Made by a program: the position numbers and the translations under genes. A stretch of DNA of 63,482 bases, the filler included, from Dugesia japonica (lineage: Eukaryota): the NCBI GenBank assembly GCA_001938525.1. It is 6 parts of 6 records of this genome, joined end to end, with 100 filler letters (N's around TTAATTAATTAA, not from the genome) between each part and the next. Parts side by side here need not be neighbours in the genome. Positions count along the whole stretch, not along the records: positions 44,123 to 54,271 come from MQRL01481102.1; positions 54,372 to 63,482 come from MQRL01616040.1; 4 more parts are not named here. One strand, 5' to 3'. Under the pieces are notes generated by a model, which searched no databases, was not told where the DNA came from, and saw only the letters and a program-made list of their open reading frames with translations. Below, one piece after another: positions 52,075 through 63,482 of the stretch; within the stretch, counting starts at the first letter, position 1, and each line of letters begins with the position of its first letter.

Positions 52075-54271
52075 CAAATGTTACACTTCTATAAGTTTAA
52101 AAAAATAAGAAGTAAATAATAATCTCTAAATATTATTATATTCAATTTATATTGAATCCAAATAAAATTAAATTAAATACGGTAGCCATTTATAAATATT
52201 ATGTATAAATAATTTATATTTTAAACAAATAAACTAGTTTTATGGACATTGCTAACTAATATGAATTATTATGCTTTAATTAATGTAAAGCTTATCATTA
52301 ATGTTGTGACAATTTACCTTTCTTAATAGATAGTAGAATATTTACTGAGTATTTCATTAATTTGATAATTATTCAATATACTTCAATTTTTATAAATTTT
52401 AAAATCCAATATATTTTTAGATACGTGTTTAAGTGTTATTTTAGTTTAAAAAAATATGATTTAACTTAATTTTCAAAAAAGAATCATTATGATTTTAAAA
52501 ACTCATCTTAAAGTAAATTTATTCTACAAAAAGTTACAAATATTTGATAAAAATTTAATAGATACATATTTTTTCTTATTGCGTTATTCTTTGTTTTATT
52601 TGCCTTATTGAAACACCTAATGTCACTTTAATGAAAACAATATTCGATGATGCTATAAAAAGAAAATTTTATCATATTAAAATTTATTTATTTTAATAAA
52701 GGGACATTATTATTTGTTTTGGAAACAACACATAATATAACATATACATGCAAACAAACACACAACAACATAACATTAAACAACACCCAAATTATAAATA
52801 TTCCATCCAAGACCTCAAGATCCATTAAACGAATACCAGAAAATGAATCCAGTTAAAGAAATCCGGTAGAAGACAAATAACAATTTAATTTGACATTTTA
52901 TGTGATTTGTTCAGACATACTATTCGATCTAATTCAGACATTTGATAATTACCTTTATGTGAAGTTCTTTTATTTGACAATTGTCTTAATTAATTGAATC
53001 ATTTCATTTGTGGACAATTATTATGATAATGAAATTAAATGTTTATGTAAATCGATTATTACAGACCAGCTTCTCAAGCCAAGTATATGGTTGTTTAAAA
53101 AGTTGTAGCTAAAGGTTTAATTGACTATCTGTTTTATGTTGGGGAGCAGCCAACCAACCCAAGCTTGCTTGGACATTTGAAAGATGGTCACAAAACGGCG
53201 ATGATGATGAATAGGTAGAGTGTCATAATATCAGTATAATTATACAATTTTGCAGACCCGTTAATCGCGTGCACTCACACCTTTAACGTCTTTGTGGTTT
53301 TATGTTAGTTATCAAAAACAAAAATTAAAAACCCCCTTCATATATTCCTGGCTACGCCACTGATTAAAATGTATTTTATGAAGGTATATTATATATTAAA
53401 AAAAATTATTATTAAATCACTTAGTATATAATTTTTGTAAATATATGTGATTTAACGTATAATTTCAATATATCTTTGTAAATATTTATAATTTGACATA
53501 CTATTGCGGTTCTTCTGAGTGAAAAAAAATGGCTGTGGGAAAAGTCAGCCCTCAGTGGACCCCACGAAGGATTTAACCTAACATCCCTAGTCAGGCTTTC
53601 GGAGTGGAGCCGTTGAATCCCAACGTATATTTGAAGTACGAGCTCGCACCGCTTTAATTTAAGTCCACAGTTCCTCTAACTTCATGATTACTAAGACAGA
53701 GATAACACATTTTCAAAGAATATTTATTTAAAGAATATCAAGCGTGTCGTTCGTAAAGTCGAACGCGGCCTCATCATCATCGCTGTTCCAGTTAGTCCAA
53801 GTTTTGAATTCCAGAAGTGTGCTCAGGTTGGCGATGCATTGCTTTAAGAAATTTACTTTGTTGCACAGCTGATTATTTGTGCGGTTAGCAATCTCAAGTT
53901 GTTTCTTGCTTACGACTTCAAGCTTTTTTATTAATATCTGAGCAAAGTCCGCTCGTATTTCTTTGAGTAACACCTTTCTATAATAACTTTTTGTAGTAAT
54001 TTATGACACTGACATAGGCTATTTGGTCATCCAATTCTGGGCACTAAATTGAAAAGATCGTTATAGGATAAAGCAATATACAAATTATCAATAATTTATC
54101 AATAAAAATTGGTTCAGTATCCCAGAAAAAAGAAACAAATTATAACTTGAAATTTATATTTTTACGACAGAGATGTATATCTACTACCATTTATTCATAT
54201 TCAAAGATTTATACAATTGGAAAACTGTGTCAGAAAAGCTTTGATTGACATATCATCAAATATTACTATTT

Positions 54272-54371
54272 NNNNNNNNNNNNNNNNNNNNNNNNNNNNN
54301 NNNNNNNNNNNNNNNTTAATTAATTAANNNNNNNNNNNNNNNNNNNNNNNNNNNNNNNNNNNNNNNNNNNN
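54272..54371. other. Artificial scaffold spacer
   Basis: N44-TTAATTAATTAA-N44. Confidence 0.95.
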
Positions 54372-54379
54372 ATAAAATT

Positions 54380-54601
54380 CTATATAAATTCCGAAAGAGA
54401 ATTATTATTAGGAAATCGTTTTTTTCTCCTATCAAATTCGAGATTTATAAATAAGAATCTATTTAATAAATTCATATCAGGTGAGTAAGGTGGTTGCTTT
54501 AATAGTTTAATTTGATGATCTTCACTGAACTTTTGCGTTACGACAGCCGTATAAGGGCAAGCATTATCATCTATCCGCTCCAGACATCCAGCTTCTCTCA
54601 T
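54380..54601 (-). pseudogene. Tc1/mariner transposase C-terminal fragment
   Basis: DDNACPY...LLKQPPYSPDMNLLNRFLF motif. Confidence 0.8.
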
Positions 54602-55082
54602 ATCTAAGATTGATTGATTGAATTTGGATTTGATGAGTATGAGAATTTGATATAATAAAACAAATGCAGCAAGTTTATTTCATATTAATTAATTTAAATT
54701 GAATTGAAAAGGTTTATTTTAAATTGATAATTAAAATTTTCCTAACTTATAAAAAACGAAATTTTTTTTGGAACACCCTATATTTGACGAACAAAATTGT
54801 TTTAATGTTTTTTATGTTTATTGTCATTATTTATATATTATTGTTTTATCTGTTTGAAAGTCAGTGTATTTTTTTATTTTAAAAATATTCATTAAATAAA
54901 AAAAATATTTATAAAAAAAACATCAATTAGAAAAAATAAATTTAAACTAAAAACTCTATACTATTAAAATAATAGAAACTCAAATTAATCTAATAGATGA
55001 AAAGAATAAGAATATTACGAATCTTTTAAGCAAATTAGATATTATTAAATAGTCATTATTAATTTGATGCTTTTATATTTAC

Positions 55083-55300
55083 CTCGAAAAATGTATAAGT
55101 TGCACCACCTTTCACAGCTCCGTAAGGAATTTTTACTTGTTTACTAAGATCTTCAGCATTTTCAATAGGAACATTCATTCTGGCAACTGTTAAAAATGCA
55201 GCCAAATTGGCAGTGTATGAGCTTATAATGATCAGAGTGAAAAACCACCATATTCCAGCAATAATTCTTGTTGAAGTAGCCTTTGGCATGATATCAATGC
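55083..55300 (-). CDS. Ionotropic glutamate receptor (kainate/AMPA-type) internal exon covering M3 and the start of S2
   Basis: [73 protein letters not shown] with SYTANLAAF; AG acceptor at 55301, GT donor at 55082. Confidence 0.93.
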
Positions 55301-55829
55301 CTATTAAAATATAAATTTTTTAAATGTCGTGTATTTTATTTTTGGTGATAAATGAATATTTTTTTAAATCCCAATATTATTTTTTTCAAGTTAAATAATA
55401 GAAGTTAAAGTTAATTAATATAAGTTAAATAACTGAATGAAAATTAGTATAATATAATAATTATTANTAATATGTTAATAATATAATAATTACACAGATT
55501 TTAAATGAAATGAATGTTTAATGCTATTCTATTCTCAATGAAATTAACCGATAAATATTTGTAATAACGAGAGTGACCACAGGCCAATAAAATCAAAATT
55601 GTTAGATTAGTTTGCAAAGATAAATATAAATTTAATACTTTTACCAATTCATGAAAGTTAATAAGTCAGAATAAGGTCTAAATTTGACGTTAGGTCAAAA
55701 AGTCAAACTAATGTTTATATCATTAATATTTTCGGGTATTTAATGACTGCTACGCACACAGTAGCTGCGTTAAATAGGTCATTTCTACATAAATACATAC
55801 ACATTCTTTATACAACAGTCACGGCAAAT

Positions 55830-56085
55830 TATAGCATGTCGAAAGAGTGTACAACAAACAATCCATTCAATATATCTGGCCACATAGCAAAGCTTATGTA
55901 AAATAATGAAATACTTGATGTTGTGCATCGTAAACGACATAATATTTCACCTAATACTTATGAGATGTTGTACAACTGCCAAACCACCTTAGCTTAGTAG
56001 AACGCTACTTTTCTATTCTTGGCAACATTTTGCACAGGGAAAGGAACTTACTTCCAACAAATATGGTGCATTATTTGCACTTTGA
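55830..56085 (+). pseudogene. hAT transposase C-terminal (dimerisation-region) remnant
   Basis: YEMLYNCQTT..VERYFSILGNILHRERNLLPTNMVHYL resembles the hAT ER.FS motif; frameshifted. Confidence 0.5.
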
Positions 56086-56324
56086 ATTTAACAATAATTA
56101 GGACTAACTACACTTGTTAATTTTTTGTTTACTGTTTCTATGTTTACCGTNNNNNNNNNNNNNNNNNNNNNNNNNNNNNNNNNNNNNNNNNNNNNNNNNN
56201 NNNNNNNNNNNNNNNNNNNNNNNNNNNNNNNNNNNNNNNNNNNNNNNNNNNNNNAAATAAAGTCTAAAATGGTATTTTTAGGTCAATTTCACGGTCACCC
56301 TGATAATAACTAATGTAACAGATA

Positions 56325-57041
56325 TAACCAATACTCGTTCTTTGATAATGTTATTAAATGGTGGACTGGCTATTATTCATCAATAATGATNTAATTTATG
56401 ATTCAATTTTTAAATTCCCAACTAAATGCATTAGNATTAAATTTNATTACGTCATGGGGGGGNGTTNGCACACATGTGGTGTTGACTCCCACTATCTACC
56501 TACCATTAATTTTATTAATATTGTATCGAATGTTAATATCACTTCAAAACGTTTCTATTAACTGTGTAGTAGAGCATGAACCGTAATATATTTTTTTCAC
56601 AATTAATTCCAAATAAAAATGAAATACGGATACTAAATTAAAATTTATTTAATTTTACTAAATAATTCAGTAGTAAAATATTTAGTTAAAATCCGATTTG
56701 CCATAAAATAAAAAATAATTTTGTTTAAACTTAAAAGAAAAGAAAAGGTAATTAAAAAAATGAGTCTAGAATCAATTGGAATTTTCTAAAATTATTCTGA
56801 ATAATCAAAGAGAAAAATAATCGAGAAATGATGCATAGCAGTAGTCTAAATAGAAGTTAATTTGGAATTTAAACTGATTTATAAAGTATTCCGATCTTCT
56901 ACGTAAAATTCTTGTAATCAGCTTTCAATTTTCATAAATTAAAAAAAATATTATTTAAAACATTTTATAAAGCCTTAAATTATTGATGAATAATAGCCAG
57001 TCCACCATTTAATAACATTATCAAAGAACGAGTATTTGTTA
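56325..57041. mobile_element. Foldback/MITE with near-perfect inverted repeats of about 63 bp
   Basis: TAACCAATACTCGTTCTTTGATAATGTTATTAAATGGTGGACTGGCTATTATTCATCAATAAT recurs inverted at 56979-57041; true ends obscured by gaps. Confidence 0.75.
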
Positions 57042-57963
57042 NNNNNNNNNNNNNNNNNNNNNNNNNNNNNNNNNNNNNNNNNNNNNNNNNNTGTTACTTT
57101 TTCCCTGTAAATTTAGTTGGGAAAATTTTTTGCACACAAATTATGTCATGAGATTAATTTCATCGGTGAAATTTTTCGTAATAGGATTAATTGGTGTTTA
57201 ATTTTTCCTGTGTATTAATTAATTGTGAAGAGGATATTGAGATTTGGATTCTCNAGCAAGTTACGATTAGTTTACGGAAAAGCCTTTGGTTCCAGAGTTA
57301 TGAGAAAGTTTTCTCAAAAGATAACAATGAGTTACAGCATAAGTAAGGCCGCTGACTAACAAATTTTATCTAATAAGCCTCGAGAGATCATTTGATTTTG
57401 AGACACCTGTTTTAAAGGGTTAAATATCGAGTAGATCAACATTGACATAACAATATCTAATAACTTAAGACATTATTTTAGATAAAAATAGATACCTTTT
57501 TCCTATGCATTTTATGCAATAATAATTTATTTTGTTATTTTTTAGTTATCATTTCAATAATATTAGTTACTAATACTGTATTAGTAATACAACAAAAACA
57601 ATGATGAATTTAAAATTTACCAACTAATTTTCTGGAATCTGTTTTAATTTTCCAAATCAATTTAGAATTTTCATTAAAATACTGAGAAAATTATCATAAA
57701 ACTGAGTAAAATTGTAATTGCAAAAATTAATTATTTTTCGAAATAAACATGAATTTTTAATCATTTTCAAATTAATCAAAAAAATAGTTTATGCAAATTT
57801 TATTTGAGTTTTCGGTTTCGTTTGTTTTCGTTGAATGTTCTTGTATTTTATGAATAAACTTTTCAACAACTAAAGTCTTAATTCTAAAGTGAGTTTTTGA
57901 AGATAAATTAATGGATAAAATCTGTTCCTGAAACGATTTGTTTTTTCCAATAATAATAATTTG

Positions 57964-59785
57964 ATAAATAGTAGGTACAGAAATAAAAGCCTTCTACCAC
58001 CAGAGACCAATCAGATTTAGTTTAGGCTGTTACATAATACACACATACGTAATACACACATATTGTTCCCGATTTTTATGCGTTGTGCAATATTTGTGTG
58101 TCGGAGACGTTATCGATGTATGCAAGTGTCATCATGGTTATGTAATTATTGCATAATCGAATGAGAATTGATGTTTTAAAAATTAGATGAAATTAATTAT
58201 TTTTGTTTAAATGCAGCGAAATTAATGATTATTGTTTAAATTGAGTAAAATTAGTTACTTTTTTTCAAATTAAACCATGCTTTATGAGATTTTTGTTTAA
58301 TTTAAGTGAAATTTATGATTTTATCATTTAACACATAATTTGACGCGTAATTTTACACTGATCAAGAATATCATTAAAAATCAATCAACATTTTACTTAG
58401 CAAATGAAATTGAAAAATCATTAAAAGGAATAATAAGTGTAGTTAAATAAATTTCTCCTGAGCAATATTAACATCAGTTGCATCGGGAATATTAATATAA
58501 ATTGCTTATCGGGTAATATTAGTATTAACATTAAAAGCTTATTGGTAATATTAACAATAATAATAATAATAATAATAATAACACAGAATAGTAAGAACAC
58601 CAATCATTATAAAAATATTTATTCAGATTTTATACAATATTTGTACAATCTATACGTTCGAATTCAGTTAGAATGAGCCCTTCTTGTGATTACTGCACGA
58701 TTTGTTTGGGTTCTTCATATGGTTTCTAAATAGGAAAATTACATAATTTCAAATAANAAATAAATTCATTACCTTACATTGACTTGATTGAATACAAGTT
58801 TTATTTATTACGAGTTAAAATATAATGTCCTTATGGAATGCTAGTGTGTTTATGGTCATTGTTAGTCAATGCTACATTTGGTCTCCTAAAACTGTACAAT
58901 TGGTGGTTTTTTGTACTTATCTTACACTGGTTTACTGAGACTGACTACTTGTTATATATAGAACAGTTAAAATAAAAAAATTTCGCGACCAATTTAAATA
59001 TATTTTTAGCGGATAATATGAATTAAGTATTGGATTTGTGATTCTTGTAAATTTCTTGTGTGGCATACATAACATAAAGTTCTACTATCAAAAATGCTTC
59101 TTTTTCGCTGGAAAGGGGTGTAGCGTATCTGAACAATTATAATAATAATAATAGTTATAATAGTAAAAATAATAATGAAACTAAGAACACTTTAGTACCA
59201 TTGAACCATAAAACTGCCTATTCATTAAATAAATAAATACTATCCAAAAACAGGACTATGTGTATGTATTACGTAATATGCTAAACTAAAAATGATTGGT
59301 TACATGCAGGGTGAGTTTTTTCGCGTGTGCTGATGTCCACATACTATTTATATATTTTTNNNNNNNNNNNNNNNNNNNNNNNNNNNNNNNNNNNNNNNNN
59401 NNNNNNNNNAAACTGCCTATTCATTAAATAAATAAATACTATCCAAAATTGCTTCCTACCCACTAAAAATGGTATTGTCACATCAACCCATATTTTTTGT
59501 TTTTAATATATCTGTGTTGCGTTGTGTTTTTTTATATAACAATGTTGAGCAGATATTTATATTTCATAAATTTAAACAAAAAATTAAATTCCCACCCGAT
59601 TATGTAATAATTACGGATCCATGACGTCATTTGCATAAGTTGATTACTTTATCGATAGGAACCTATCGCACACCGGATAAAAATCAGGACTATGTGTATG
59701 TATTACGTAATATGCTAAACTAAAAATTAATGGTTACATTCAGGGTGAGTTTTTTCTCGTGCGTTGATGTCCACATACTATTTAT
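57964..59785. mobile_element. Unclassified element with imperfect TIRs of about 200 bp
   Basis: Left ATAAATAGTAGG..ACCAATCAGATTTAGTTTAG..TAATACACACAT..ATGCAAGTG..ATAATCG mirrors 59597-59785. Confidence 0.6.
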
Positions 59786-60285
59786 ATATTTTTTAAACAG
59801 CTATATATAATATTTCTTATAAAATAAATAACAATTATTTTTAAGTTTAAAGTTGAAAATTTCATATGGTTTCGGAGAATATAAATGTGTAGTAGATTTG
59901 AAGGATAGAAGAAGGTTAATATTTTATTTAAGTTTTATTGTGTTCAAATTACAAGTTTGATTATTTGTTACCGAGTATAAATTTGAAATCACTGTACTTA
60001 ATCAGTTGTTCGATAGGTAAATCAAATGAATTTTTCAATTATAATTCTATTTTAGATTTATCGTGTTGTTTTAACTAATATTTTGCATTAATTGAATTAA
60101 TTAGTTAATTAATTTTAACTTTCAAAGATTGTGAGCTATTTGTCATATATTTAAATTATAGTAATATGTTTATATATCGAAATTGTTTTAATATTACAAT
60201 TTTAGTGGAATATAATTTAAAACTTGTTAATCGTTATTATTATTATTATTAATTGTTATTATTTAATATTAATATTTGTATAACA

Positions 60286-60710
60286 TGGCGTGAAATGAGC
60301 AGAAACTTTTCATGCAAAAATTTTGTTTCAAAGAAAAAGAAGCTTAACTGTTCAAAGATTTTATTAATTTATTCAATGCTTGTAGCATAACTGCAGAAGA
60401 GAGGATTACTATACTTAGCAAATATTTGGAATAAAACCTAATGCAGGAAATAAAATGTGATCCAAGATTTGAGAGTACGAAGGTAAATATCGATTACTTG
60501 GAAAACAAATCATCAATTTACTGGATATTAAATTAAAATCATTGGAGGAAGCAGTAGGAAGTACAAAAGATGAAAAGATGACTGTGAAATAAATGAAAAT
60601 GTCTAATGTAATATACGCCAAGGGAATGAAACTATAAAAAATTTGAAAATTGAAAAAGAAAAACTAAAAAAAGACCTTGCTGAACTAAGGAGACTCAACT
60701 ACAAATAAAA
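60286..60710 (+). mobile_element. Possible LTR-element PBS and gag remnant
   Basis: ...ATAACA followed by TGGCG, then a stop-interrupted gag-like frame (LFKDFINLFNACSITAEERITILSKYL). Confidence 0.3.
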
Positions 60711-61029
60711 CGCTCCCAATGCGTTTAAGAAAAATATATTATTATTGTAATTCTGTAATTGTTGAATTCATTTTGGACTGACAAATCTGTTGATTCTGAA
60801 GTTTGGAGAATTTCAAATTTTTATATGTTATTTACCAATGGCTCCAAAGATGTTGCGATCTTACACCGTTTGACTATATCAGGCTATATCAGAGACGCCA
60901 TTCGGCTGAAAACATTGAAAAATGTTTTTAACAATGTGACTGCAATCATTTCCAACATCTCTTGTAATAATTTGTGACATTATATAATTTAATTGTTATT
61001 TACCATGTAAATATATGATGCTATACTAT

Positions 61030-63349
61030 GTATAGCTGTCCAAGCAATGAGTGATAGTGGGCCAAAAAAAGTAAAGAAATCAGTTTGCGGGCAGCAAGGA
61101 AAAGTATATATTATCATTGAAAAACATGACAAATATAAATAAATTTATTCATTCTCTTTAAATAATGTTTTTTTCACAATGTTATTAATATCAATTTCAA
61201 TCTTTGAAGTTGCTAATCATAAAGCGTGATTTAGAGGTTTATCTGATAGAGAAGATCTATATTTAGATTTTATAAAATTCATTGTCGAGTAGGAACTTTC
61301 ACATAAAAAGGTACTTCCCATCATTGAACCTATTCTCAAACTTAGATTATTAAGATTGGGAAAGTTATTATCAAGTAATTTTAAAAAGTTCAACCCTGTT
61401 TCTTTTCTATTTCTATAAAATAGATTTCACTGTAAATAACATAATTCTTGTTGATAAATAGATTGGACATTATTGATAGGAATATCCAATGAATTAATAA
61501 ATATTAATATATCACAATATATCATTTTGCCAAAATCTTCAATTCTAGTTTCAAATTAACTCATCAATCATTTTAATTTGGCCAATAAACCTTTTTTCGT
61601 ATTTCCCAATTTCAATTATTAATTCATTACAACTAGGAAAAAGATGATTCTTCATTTTCAAGAGCATTTTTAAATAATCAAAGCTTACTCTTAAATCCTT
61701 GAAGTGCCCATAAATATGAGCAATGTTTTGGGATATCCCTTGCTATTTTAAGTTTAACTCCGTAAGATAATTTGTTATATCGGCTAAAATGATAGTTCAA
61801 TTAAAAATCCAATTTCTTGCAACTTCTTTTCATANNNNNNNNNNNNNNNNNNNNNNNNNNNNNNNNNNNNNNNNNNNNNNNNNNNNNNNNNNNNNNNNNN
61901 NNNNNNNNNNNNNNNNNNNNNNNNNNNNNNNNNATAAATCTCCATATTCTGCATCAACTTCTTTTAAAAATTCACGAAATTTACGATGTGTAAGAGCACT
62001 ATGACCTCGTCTTATTAGTAATATTAACAACAATTTCCATTGTGTCTTGTTGCCTAAGTACTTTAACACATAATACTTATTGATTAATAATACAATGAAT
62101 CAATGGACACTTAATATAATTTTTCTTAAGATAGCCTGTGAGCCCAGTTATTTTTCAAGTCATTGCTTTTGCACAATTCAGTTACAGTTCAATAAAGTGC
62201 ATCAAAAATATCTTTTCCTTTGGAAGTTCCATATAAAAGTACTAAATTTAGAATTTCTTATCTTTGAAAACAACGAATATTTATAATTAATTAACAAACA
62301 TAAGTTTTATTTGTGCTCGAATCTAAGCAAATAGAGAAGTTATCAAATTATTATCAAATATCAATAATAAAAAAAACAAAAATTTTAATCGAAGCTTTTA
62401 TTTTAAATGAATTCTGTTAAACGATCAATGGTTATGTCCAACAATTATTCTCGCAATAATTGCAATTATAAAAAAATATATAAGTATTCAGAGTCCCCAA
62501 CGTAATTAAACAATTTATCAATTAAATATTCACCCATATCATTTATTCTTTGAGCTATTGTTTGACGTGATAATGGAATATTTTCAATTTTCGCTGAAAA
62601 TTGATGCTCCATAAAACTTTTCGCTATTTTAATTGAACAATTTTTAATAATTTCTCCCTCACTGAATTATTTTTTGGATTTTGCAATTTTGAAGGCAACT
62701 TGATAAGAAACAAGACTTTGCTCATTATTTGAATTAAATTTTAAAAAAAAACTAGTTTGATTATTTAATTTTTTTCTTATTATCTAAAAACATGATTTTT
62801 CTAGCTTCTCCGGAATTTGTCTTCGTGAAGTGATGGATAATTTTTTTACGTTATATTCTTTTGCAACTGAGAGGACTACATTGTATTTCGTTGTTTTTAT
62901 TAAAAATAAAATAATCAAATTCCCATCTTTCATTAAATACATTATAATTCTAAAAAGAAGAAAATAATTATTATTTTATTGTCAGGGCATAAACAGTATT
63001 TATATTGTTTTACAATTTATGACTAATTATTAATTTGTGTACGATGATAGACAATTAATAGTTACTAATGCTTGTAAACCAATTGTGATTGAGTATTAAC
63101 TAGCAGTCACTATTAGTCATTATAACTAATATTATTACTTGACATATTTTTGTAAAAATGAAAGCTGAAAGTTAAAATATAAAATATATAAGTTATGAAT
63201 AAATACAATATCTGACAAATATAACCAAATAATAAATTGATAGATAAATTTTAAATAAATGAATTTCAATTTTTTCTCCATTGAAAATTTTACGTTGCTG
63301 TCGAGGGCTGCAAAAAAAGGTCCCGCGGGTCACAGTTGTGACAGATCTG
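61030..63349 (-). mobile_element. hAT DNA transposon (SPIN/Buster/GTF2IRD2-like transposase pseudogene)
   Basis: ALTHRKFREFLKEVDAEYGDL and C-terminal IGSMMGSTFLCESSYSTMNFIKSKYRSSLSD; hAT-like end CCGCGGGTCACAGTTGTGACAGATCTG. Left end approximate. Confidence 0.85.
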
Positions 63350-63482
63350 TATAGTATACATGTTTGTCAAAATTTTAGGTTATTTTTACTTGTATTCAGG
63401 TTAACTAATAAGAACTTTTACCATTTCAAATGAGTACTCAATTGAAGTAACAAATATTATTAAGAAATGACGACTTTTGTCT

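Noticed and set aside
59208-59793. Direct duplications around the gap at 59360-59409 (similarly 43073-43201 vs 43510-43638)
   Set aside because: Near-identical sequence flanking short N runs is most simply unmerged contig or haplotype overlap.

Overview
Very AT-rich, intron-containing eukaryotic (metazoan) draft assembly. It is not one contiguous locus: five artificial 100-bp spacers (44 N + TTAATTAATTAA + 44 N) join six segments of about 8-14 kb. Host genes I can support, all on the minus strand: the last three exons of a mitochondrial carrier (SLC25A16-like) with an unusual His-rich insert; a complete, very compact CBP/p300 gene (about 1471 aa, introns 41-47 bp); directly downstream of it, a Domino/SRCAP/EP400-like gene whose ATPase motifs look dead; one ionotropic glutamate receptor exon; and a spliced orphan gene with a signal-peptide-like start. 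Most of the rest is transposon debris: Ty3/gypsy copies, mariner/Tc1, hAT and Harbinger MITEs with clean TSDs, piggyBac ends, a Penelope-like RT remnant and a Polinton-type integrase tail. Most interesting: an inverted pair of minimal hammerhead ribozyme motifs in a palindrome (15.2-15.4 kb); a repeated TIR-like element carrying an acidic orphan ORF and RFX X-box motifs (33.0-34.4 kb and 42.2-44.0 kb); a gypsy element embedded in an (AAT)n microsatellite with a doubled integrase tail; and the CBP (bromodomain Asn->Thr) plus pseudo-ATPase Domino pair. Tiny introns and divergent proteins suggest a reduced, fast-evolving invertebrate such as an orthonectid-like parasite; this is inference only. 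All homology calls come from motif recognition by eye; no searches were run.
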